DNA of 32,000 nucleotides from Acaryochloris marina S15 (GTDB lineage Bacteria; Cyanobacteriota; Cyanobacteriia; Thermosynechococcales; Thermosynechococcaceae): the NCBI RefSeq assembly GCF_018336915.1, contig NZ_CP064923.1, forward strand, positions 2,490,001 through 2,522,000, written 5' to 3'. How positions within the stretch are numbered: position 1 is the first letter of the stretch; each line of letters starts with the position of its first letter. The notes under the pieces were generated by a model. That model had not been told where the DNA came from. It did no database searches and saw only the letters and a program-made list of their open reading frames with translations. Of the stretch, positions 18,135 through 25,131 are shown piece by piece. The translations under genes were made by a program, and so were the position numbers.

Positions 18135-19112
18135 TTGGTGAATAGAGAAGTGGATATGCATGAAAATATCTTAAGTTCTCAAAGAGACACAACAATCAAA
18201 CCGATTCAATGGTCTAATGTCTTGAGTTGGGCTACTGAAACTGCAAAACAAGATCGGCACTCATATCAATCTCACCCGAGATCACACTCTATCCAACGAT
18301 TAAAGGCGATGTGGACGCCTAACTTACATCAACCGTTGTTTATCATTGGTTCTCCTCGTTCTGGCACAACGTTCTTAGGAGCTTGTATTGCTGAATTACC
18401 AGAGATCTCTTATCATTTCGAACCGGTAGCATCTAAAGCTGCAGCTCGTTATGTTCACGAGGGACAGTGGGAATTCAGTAAAGCTAAGAGCTTCTATCGA
18501 GCGGTGTATGCCTGGTTGATGCGACTTCATTTTGATGCAGATTTGCGTTTTTCGGAGAAAACCCCCCGAAACTGCTTTCTAATCAACTTTTTATACCAGA
18601 TATTCCCTGACGCCCAGTTTATCCATATTATTCGAGATGGTAGAGATGCTGCCCTCTCCCATAGTCAGAAACCATGGTTACAGGCCGCTTCTGCCCAGTC
18701 CGGCAAGCGAGAGTCGAGTGGCTATCGCTACGGCCCCTATGCTCGTTTTTGGGTGGAACCTGAAAGAAAAGATGAGTTCGAAACTACAAGTGATATACAC
18801 CGCTGTATCTGGGCCTGGAGACGCCATACTGAAAGCATTCTGGCACAATCCAAAAACTTACCAAGAGCTCAATATTATGAACTTCGTTATGAAGCTTTCG
18901 TCACTTGTCCCCATGAAGAGGCTGATCGCTTGCTGAACTATCTGAATATTGTTCAATTTAGCTCTCGAGAACGCCTACATGAAGCTTTTGCTCGTGCTAA
19001 TTCCCAGTCGGTGGGGAGATGGAAAGATGCATTGACCCCTGAACAGGTAAAACAGATAGAACAGGAGGCAGGTCCGATGCTTCAAGCATTGGGGTATCTG
19101 CAGGGATCATGA
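18135..19112 (+). CDS. Sulfotransferase (P-loop type), type 3 of 3, first of a tandem pair
   Basis: It has a 5'-PSB loop FIIGSPRSGTTFLG and a 3'-PB IHIIRDGRDAALS. The ORF-track start is a TTG at 18135. An ATG at 18156 (MHENIL...) is the more likely start. Confidence 0.85.
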   Translation: MVNREVDMHENILSSQRDTTIKPIQWSNVLSWATETAKQDRHSYQSHPRSHSIQRLKAMWTPNLHQPLFIIGSPRSGTTFLGACIAELPEISYHFEPVASKAAARYVHEGQWEFSKAKSFYRAVYAWLMRLHFDADLRFSEKTPRNCFLINFLYQIFPDAQFIHIIRDGRDAALSHSQKPWLQAASAQSGKRESSGYRYGPYARFWVEPERKDEFETTSDIHRCIWAWRRHTESILAQSKNLPRAQYYELRYEAFVTCPHEEADRLLNYLNIVQFSSRERLHEAFARANSQSVGRWKDALTPEQVKQIEQEAGPMLQALGYLQGS

Positions 19113-20065
19113 AAAACGCAATAAATGTATCTAAAACAATTCAAGATCCTATTTTCTTAGTGGGTTGTCCCCGCTCAGGTACAACTCTCCTTCAGCAAAT
19201 GTTGGATGCCCATCCTGATATTGCGATCGCACCCGAAACTTTTTTTATCCGAAACTTTTGGTTAAAGCAAGACAAATATGGAAACTTAGGAGAAGACCAT
19301 AATTACTACCAGCTCGTAGAAGATATTATTTCGTTGCCAGAATTTCAAGAAATGGAATTAGATCCAGAGGTCTACCGAGCAGCTGCTTGGAAATCTTCGC
19401 GAAGTTACCCTTTGCTTTTACGTCTTCTCTTGGAACAATTTGCCCACAAAAGGGACGTAGCTATCGTTGGGGAAAAGACACCAAATCATTTGCTGTACAT
19501 ATCAATACTCCAGCAATTTTTCCCTACTGCCCGATTCGTTCATATTGTCCGGGACCCCCGAGCTGTTGTTGCATCCTGGCAAACGGTCCCTTGGACAACG
19601 GGAACCCTAGCAGGTGATGCAGCAGTGTGGCGACGTTATATGTCAACAGCAAGAGGATGCCCAGTTGCTTTGAAGCCCTCACTATATACACTTCATTACG
19701 AAGCCCTCATTGAGACCCCAAAAATCACCTTAAAAGCCCTGTGCCAATTTCTCCAAATTCAGTTCGAACCAGCCATGCTGGCGTATCATCAACAACCATC
19801 TCATACTGTTAATGCTAAGCGCGAACCCTGGAAAATTAATGCAAAAAAGCAACTAAGCCAAACCTCCTTGAGCCGTTGGCAATCCACATTATCCAACTCG
19901 ATGATTGCTGAAATTGAGGTGGTTGTTTGGCCAGAAATGATGCATTTTGGCTATAGTCCCATCACGAACCGTGTAGCCCTCGCCACTACAAAAACTTTTA
20001 AGATCGTGCAAAGTAAGTTTCAGAGGGCGATATCGCGCTTGAAATCTCCAACCCTTGGGATATAG
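19109..20065 (+). CDS. Sulfotransferase (P-loop type), type 3 of 3, second of the tandem pair
   Basis: 318 aa. Motifs are FLVGCPRSGTTLL, GEKTPNHLLY and VHIVRDPRAVVAS. Its ATG overlaps the upstream stop (ATGA at 19109-19112). Confidence 0.9.
   Translation: MKNAINVSKTIQDPIFLVGCPRSGTTLLQQMLDAHPDIAIAPETFFIRNFWLKQDKYGNLGEDHNYYQLVEDIISLPEFQEMELDPEVYRAAAWKSSRSYPLLLRLLLEQFAHKRDVAIVGEKTPNHLLYISILQQFFPTARFVHIVRDPRAVVASWQTVPWTTGTLAGDAAVWRRYMSTARGCPVALKPSLYTLHYEALIETPKITLKALCQFLQIQFEPAMLAYHQQPSHTVNAKREPWKINAKKQLSQTSLSRWQSTLSNSMIAEIEVVVWPEMMHFGYSPITNRVALATTKTFKIVQSKFQRAISRLKSPTLGI
19223..19230. repeat. HIP1 octamer GCGATCGC
   Basis: Exact match. Confidence 0.95.
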
Positions 20066-20067
20066 AG

Positions 20068-21357
20068 ATGAAACTTGGATATTTGCATATTGGTTCTCCT
20101 GAACATGGCGTATGTCGCTATGGACGTTTACTGGCGACAGAGGCGCGCGGATTGTCTACTCTTTCTGTCATAGAAGCTGAGGTAGAGCTAACCCTAGATC
20201 ATCGGCAAAACCGAGCAGAAATCATTAAAGCTGCAAGACATCTCTCATCGGTGGATATTGTTCATCTTCAGTACAGCATAAAAAATAACAAAGGCTTGTG
20301 GGGACTAGGTTGGACCCAGCTGACTCATCTTCGGCTTTTTAGACAGTACTGTGCACAACCACTAGTCGTCACTCTTCATGATGTTTATGACTTACCCCCC
20401 AATCCGAGCAAAATTCCTGGTTATGTCTCTCGCATCCTGCACCGGTGCTCACCCAATCTTCTGGCCAAGGGCACTCCAAATAAATCTCTATCTCAGGCAG
20501 AGAAACTTTCCTTAGCGAATCTGCTTGACTCAATTCGACAATACCGTTGGCTTGTGCAGGGAGAAATACTCAGAATCCCTGGTGACATCTCATTGTATTG
20601 GTTATTGAGACAGGTCAAATTGGTCTTTGTCTCTTCTGAAGAAGAGAGAAGACGATTGAGCCAGGGTGATATAGGTTCTACAACAGTGATTCCGCACTTT
20701 GTTGAACAGCGATCGCCGACTCTTTCCAAGAAAGAAGCCCAGCAGGCATTAAACTTGCATGGATTTCAGGTCATTACACTTCTCGGATTTATTCATGAAC
20801 GTAAGGGGCACCAGTTACTACTGAAAGCGCTTTCCCAACTCCCAGAACAGGTCATAGTGGTTTTTGCTGGGGGAGCGAGTCCTGGCAATGAACATTTTCT
20901 CAAAGACCTACTAGCCCTGGCAAAGACAGATGGCGTTGAGCATCGCTTACGTATCACGGATTATTTGTCTGAAGTTAATTTAGAGCGCTATTTGATGGCC
21001 ACAGATTTGGCTATTTGCCCATTTCAATCCTTTGCTGCCTCAGGATCACTCTCAACTTGGATCTCTGTTGGTCGATCGCTATTAGCTTTTAACCTTCCAC
21101 AAATTGCTGAATATAATCGGATCGAGCCAGATTCAATTAAAACGTTTCAACCCTACACTCCAGAAGCACTAGCGAGCGAGATTAAGCACTTATTATCCGC
21201 AGGGATTAAGGCAGAAGATATAGCTGTCGATCGGCTTAAACAAAGACTGTTATTGCCAGTCACCTTTAATCAACATCTAGTTCGTTATCAGCAAGTGGTA
21301 ACTGCCCTTAACAAGACGATTGTTCGTCCTACCCACGGCATTAAGCCTAGCTATTGA
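20068..21357 (+). CDS. Divergent GT-B-fold glycosyltransferase-like protein
   Basis: 429 aa. It has the GT1/GT4-like layout ITLLGFIHERKGHQLLLKAL ... VVFAGG ... ICPFQSFAASGSLSTWISVGRSLLAFN. The E-x7-E region is degenerate (Ser/Gly in place of Glu). The ATG is 2 nt after the upstream stop. Confidence 0.55.
   Translation: MKLGYLHIGSPEHGVCRYGRLLATEARGLSTLSVIEAEVELTLDHRQNRAEIIKAARHLSSVDIVHLQYSIKNNKGLWGLGWTQLTHLRLFRQYCAQPLVVTLHDVYDLPPNPSKIPGYVSRILHRCSPNLLAKGTPNKSLSQAEKLSLANLLDSIRQYRWLVQGEILRIPGDISLYWLLRQVKLVFVSSEEERRRLSQGDIGSTTVIPHFVEQRSPTLSKKEAQQALNLHGFQVITLLGFIHERKGHQLLLKALSQLPEQVIVVFAGGASPGNEHFLKDLLALAKTDGVEHRLRITDYLSEVNLERYLMATDLAICPFQSFAASGSLSTWISVGRSLLAFNLPQIAEYNRIEPDSIKTFQPYTPEALASEIKHLLSAGIKAEDIAVDRLKQRLLLPVTFNQHLVRYQQVVTALNKTIVRPTHGIKPSY
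20709..20716. repeat. HIP1 octamer GCGATCGC
   Basis: Exact match. Confidence 0.95.
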
Positions 21358-21379
21358 GTTTGAAAGAGGCAAATCACTT

Positions 21380-22558
21380 ATGCATTTCTCTTCATCTATA
21401 AAGCATGCATCTAGGCAGAGCCAAGCGGCTAATGAATCAACTGGGAACAGATCTGATCTGAAAATGACTGTTTACTTTGCACCCCAGTATTTGTCCATTA
21501 ATCCCTATCAAAAGCAGTTGGCTAGCTCCCTAAAAGATCTGGGAGTTCGAGTTGAGGGAGTGAATGGGATGAAGGCATTTTTACCCACAGCAATCAAATC
21601 TAGGAATCTGAACGTTGTCCATCTGCACTGGTTACATCAATACTATCGAGCCCCGGAGTTCAGAAATTTCCCTATCCTCAAGGTTTTAAGATTCCCTTTT
21701 GCATTATTGACCCTTATAAAATTTCTGTTGGGCTTAATTTTTTTGAGAATTGCGGGTGTAAAGCTTGTCTGGACTGCCCATAATCTTGAGAGCCATGAGG
21801 CTTTATTCCCTCTGTTAGACTACATTTGCAGACTGGTTGTTGTACATATATCAGATTCTGTAATTGCTCACGGTCATGCTGCTAAGTCTGCAATTGCCAA
21901 AAGATATCGGCTCAAAAAGTTAGAGAAGATACTGGTAGTTCCCCATGGAAATTACATTCAGTCCTATGACAACTCAATGGCTCAGCCTGAAGCCCGTCAG
22001 GTTTTAGGTATCGAAAATACCAGTCTTGTCTTTCTCTTTTTAGGCTTAGTGAGACCCTATAAAGGAGTAGGAGAATTAATTGAAATTTTTAATCAGTTAG
22101 AGCACCCTGATAAAACACTCATCATTGCTGGAAAAACCTTAAACGATACATTCTCTCAAGAGATCAAAGCCAAAGCTGCAACCCAAACTAACATCAAGTT
22201 CATTCCTGGCTTCGTCCCTGATGAGCGAATTCAAATATACATGAATGCCAGTGATGCTGTCGTTTTCCCTTATCGTGATGTTTTAACATCAGGCGCGGCG
22301 ATCTTAGCGATGTCTTTTGGTAAACCTTGTGTTGCTCCAAGAATGGGTTGTCTCCAAGAGATTTTAGATACTGCTGGAGCTTTTTTGTACGAACCTGATC
22401 AAACTGATGGTTTGTTGAAGGCAATGGAGCAAACAGCTTACAAAAAAACCGATTTGCTATCTATGGGAGCGCATAATCGGTGTTTAGCAGAACAATGGGA
22501 CTGGACTACTATTGCGAAGCAAACCCTCGAAATATATTTACAGAAGTCCAATGCTTAA
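21380..22558 (+). CDS. GT-B-fold glycosyltransferase (group 1-like)
   Basis: The ORF track opens at a TTG at 21320, overlapping the upstream gene by 38 nt. I prefer the ATG at 21380, which is preceded by GAAAGAGG; an ATG at 21464 is also possible. Motifs are FLFLGLVRPYKGVGELI, IIAGK and VFPYRDVLTSGAAILAMSFGKPCVAP. Confidence 0.7.
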   Translation: MHFSSSIKHASRQSQAANESTGNRSDLKMTVYFAPQYLSINPYQKQLASSLKDLGVRVEGVNGMKAFLPTAIKSRNLNVVHLHWLHQYYRAPEFRNFPILKVLRFPFALLTLIKFLLGLIFLRIAGVKLVWTAHNLESHEALFPLLDYICRLVVVHISDSVIAHGHAAKSAIAKRYRLKKLEKILVVPHGNYIQSYDNSMAQPEARQVLGIENTSLVFLFLGLVRPYKGVGELIEIFNQLEHPDKTLIIAGKTLNDTFSQEIKAKAATQTNIKFIPGFVPDERIQIYMNASDAVVFPYRDVLTSGAAILAMSFGKPCVAPRMGCLQEILDTAGAFLYEPDQTDGLLKAMEQTAYKKTDLLSMGAHNRCLAEQWDWTTIAKQTLEIYLQKSNA

Positions 22559-22610
22559 TGGATAAAGAGGCTTCAGGCTGAATATTTAATGTTTATGAAT
22601 ATGCATTGCT

Positions 22611-23528
22611 ATGTCTAATACTGTTACTCATCCAGCCATCAAGATCGCAAAACCAGAAACCATTCCATTTGTTTCAGTCATCATACCTGTGTTCAATGAT
22701 TCAGAGCGGCTGTTTCAATGTTTGCAAGCATTAGAAAATCAGACTTATCCTGGTAAAACGTATGAAGTAATTGTGGTCGACAATGCTTCTGATGATGATG
22801 TCAGTGCTGTGGTAGACCAGTTTCCCTATGCTTCCACGACCTTGGAACTCCAGCAGGGGTCTTATGCGGCTCGCAATACTGGGATTGCGATCGCAAAAGG
22901 AAACATCCTAGCCTTCACAGATGCAGACTGTATACCAGCCCCCGACTGGATTGAAAAAGGAGTTCAGAGTTTACGCGACGTTCCGAACTGTGGTCTGGTA
23001 GCTGGCAGAATTGAATTCAGCTACCAAAACCCCCAGCAGCCGAACTCCATAGAACTCTGCGATAGTGTGCTGTACTTACAGCAAGATTTGTATTTAAAGC
23101 ATGCCAAGTTTGGCGCTACGGCAAATGTCTTTACCTACAAATCAGTCTTTGCCGAAGTCGGTTTATTTGATCAAATCCTGAAATCTGGGGGGGACTATGA
23201 ATGGGGGCAACGGGTTTTTGCCGCAGGGTATCAGCAGGTCTATTCACCAGAGGCTTATGTCTATCACCCAGCTCGATATTCCTTTGAACAGCTCTACAAG
23301 AAAATCCTCAGAACAACCCGAGGTCCTTACGATTTGAGTCAGTCTAGTACCTACTCCCTGAAGAAATTTATCAAAGATATCGCTAGAGATGTTTTCCCCC
23401 CTTTCAAAACCTTTGGTCGGGCGCGGGTAGATACCGTCCAACAAAAACTGCGATTGTGGTTTGTGTTGACCTTTATCAAGCATTTAACGGCTTTAGAGCG
23501 GGTAAAGGCACAACTCAAGTTTGGCTAG
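22611..23528 (+). CDS. Glycosyltransferase family 2 (GT-A)
   Basis: 305 aa. Motifs are VSVIIPVFNDSERL, VIVVDNASDDD and FTDADCIP. Its last 111 codons lie inside unit 1 of the tandem duplication. Confidence 0.9.
   Translation: MSNTVTHPAIKIAKPETIPFVSVIIPVFNDSERLFQCLQALENQTYPGKTYEVIVVDNASDDDVSAVVDQFPYASTTLELQQGSYAARNTGIAIAKGNILAFTDADCIPAPDWIEKGVQSLRDVPNCGLVAGRIEFSYQNPQQPNSIELCDSVLYLQQDLYLKHAKFGATANVFTYKSVFAEVGLFDQILKSGGDYEWGQRVFAAGYQQVYSPEAYVYHPARYSFEQLYKKILRTTRGPYDLSQSSTYSLKKFIKDIARDVFPPFKTFGRARVDTVQQKLRLWFVLTFIKHLTALERVKAQLKFG
22887..22894. repeat. HIP1 octamer GCGATCGC
   Basis: Exact match. Confidence 0.95.
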
Positions 23529-24011
23529 TCGTCTTTAAGTGTGATGCCAGTCCGGGGGAATGAAAACGTGACTATGTAATTAGCCCATGTTCAGAAGAAA
23601 TGGACTATGAATGGGGGCAACGGGTTTTTGCCGCAGGGTATCAGCAGGTCTATTCACCAGAGGCTTATGTCTATCACCCAGCTCGATATTCCTTTGAACA
23701 GCTCTATAAGAAAATCCTCAGAACAACCCGAGGTCCTTACGATTTGAGTCAGTCTAGTACCTACTCCCTGAAGAAATTTATCAAAGATATCGCTAGAGAT
23801 GTTTTCCCCCCTTTCAAAACCTTTGGTCGGGCGCGGGTAGATACCGTCCAACAAAAACTGCGATTGTGGTTTGTGTTGACCTTTATCAAGCATTTAACGG
23901 CTTTAGAGCGGGTAAAGGCACAACTCAAGTTTGGCTAGTCGTCTTTAAGTGTGATGCCAGTCCGGGGGAATGAAAACGTGACTATGTAATTAGCCCATGT
24001 TCAGAAGAAAT
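23192..24011. repeat. Tandem duplication, 2 x 410 bp (23192-23601 and 23602-24011)
   Basis: Block-by-block comparison gives 409/410 identity. The only difference is C23297 versus T23707 (TAC to TAT, synonymous Tyr). Each unit holds the GT2 3' end, the 58-bp intergenic region and the first 15 nt of the downstream lipoprotein gene. Confidence 0.95.
23600..23938 (+). pseudogene. Duplicated C-terminal fragment of the GT2 gene (112-codon ORF with a junction-created ATG)
   Basis: The protein is identical to the last 111 residues of 22611-23528. The ATG (23600-23602) spans the duplication junction: AT comes from codon 5 of the lipoprotein gene and G from the GT2 sequence. The fragment lacks the GT-A catalytic N-terminus. 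Confidence 0.8.
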
Positions 24012-25127
24012 CGCTATAAACGGTATTTCATCTCATTGTGCATTCTGCTAGGCATATTCGGACTATTAGCCTGTCAGCAGGTTAGCAGCAGCTCCTCATC
24101 GACGCCTCAGGCTCGCGTTGAGTCTCGTCCAGTGGACTATGGCCACAATGCGCCAACCTCTAGGGATAAATTTCTCTGGCCGTTTTCCTCAGACTCCATA
24201 TGGAATATGCCCATTGGCTCTGATGCTCAATATAAGCCAGCCCGCATTAAGTCAGCCCCCCGTTTGCGATCTGATGAAGAGTATTTCTTTGAGCTTAAAG
24301 GGGATGATCCTCGTCAACCAGTTTATGCACCAGGTTCGTGGAAAAAACGCTGCAAAGGGAAAAAGAAGTCCATGAAGATTTCCCTTCCGGTTCCAGACGA
24401 TCTGATCATTCCCGATGCGGAGAAGGGGAAGACACCGAATAATGCATCGGCATTTCTGATGCCTGATGGCAAGACATTGGTGCAGCTTGAACCGCTGGCA
24501 CGCTGTGAGCCAGGAGGTCCCATTTATGGCTGGCGGTATTTTCCCAACGTTGATATCTACACTGCAGGCATTGGTGGTGCTCACTTTGGATCAGGACTAT
24601 CTTCTATCGGTGGCTCAATCCGAGAAGGGGAATTGGTCGATGACGCCCCGATTCGACATGCGTTAAAGATTAATTTGTGGGGTAAAAAATATCTTTACTA
24701 TTCTAAGCGCATCCCTGGATATCGTTGGCCAGCAGATCGTGCTGATAAGTATGCAGCCAAACAGTATGGGGGCAAGAATCCTGAGTTGGTTCAAGGTGCC
24801 TTATTAGCGATTCCCCCTGATCTCTCAGTGTCCAGCCTGGGACTCAAAACGCAACCGGCCAAAAAGCTTTTTCATGCGTTCCAAGACTATGGGGCTTACG
24901 TGGTCGATGATACGGACTGGAACGCCCATGCTATCCCTTTGGAGCATAGTGTACTGAAAGAGTTTCGACGGACCTATGGCTATTCCTTCAACACTTCAGA
25001 AGGTCCTTTCTTCGATGATGTGATTAAGCTGTTTACCGAGCTTTCGGTCGTATCTAACAATACGCCTGAGTCAGTGGGCGGAGGTGGCACCCCTAGAGCG
25101 CCATTGGCACCGCCCATTCGCAATTGA
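23997..25127 (+). CDS. Putative lipoprotein carrying an unassigned ~320-aa conserved domain (paralog of the central domain of 25132-28389)
   Basis: 376 aa. A signal peptide with a lipobox-like LLAC (Cys26) is followed by a Ser-rich linker SSSSSSTP. Residues ~58-374 align colinearly with residues ~465-789 of the RTX protein. Confidence 0.75.
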   Translation: MFRRNRYKRYFISLCILLGIFGLLACQQVSSSSSSTPQARVESRPVDYGHNAPTSRDKFLWPFSSDSIWNMPIGSDAQYKPARIKSAPRLRSDEEYFFELKGDDPRQPVYAPGSWKKRCKGKKKSMKISLPVPDDLIIPDAEKGKTPNNASAFLMPDGKTLVQLEPLARCEPGGPIYGWRYFPNVDIYTAGIGGAHFGSGLSSIGGSIREGELVDDAPIRHALKINLWGKKYLYYSKRIPGYRWPADRADKYAAKQYGGKNPELVQGALLAIPPDLSVSSLGLKTQPAKKLFHAFQDYGAYVVDDTDWNAHAIPLEHSVLKEFRRTYGYSFNTSEGPFFDDVIKLFTELSVVSNNTPESVGGGGTPRAPLAPPIRN

Positions 25128-25131
25128 CAGC

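Noticed and set aside
18637-18936. 99-aa + strand ORF in an alternative frame of the sulfotransferase gene
   Set aside because: It overlaps a motif-supported frame entirely and has no motifs of its own.
23244-23893. Twin 79-aa minus-strand ORFs (23244-23483 and 23654-23893)
   Set aside because: They are antisense to the GT2 reading frame. They appear twice only because they lie inside the 410-bp tandem duplication, so they are not independent evidence of coding.
23192-24011. Possibility that the repeated block is a CRISPR array or minisatellite
   Set aside because: There are only two units of 410 bp with no spacers. The units are ordinary gene and intergenic sequence, so this is a segmental tandem duplication.
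24118-24666. Cluster of short overlapping ORFs on both strands inside the lipoprotein gene
   Set aside because: These are alternative-frame ORFs typical of GC-richer coding DNA. The 376-aa frame is validated by its paralogy to the RTX protein.
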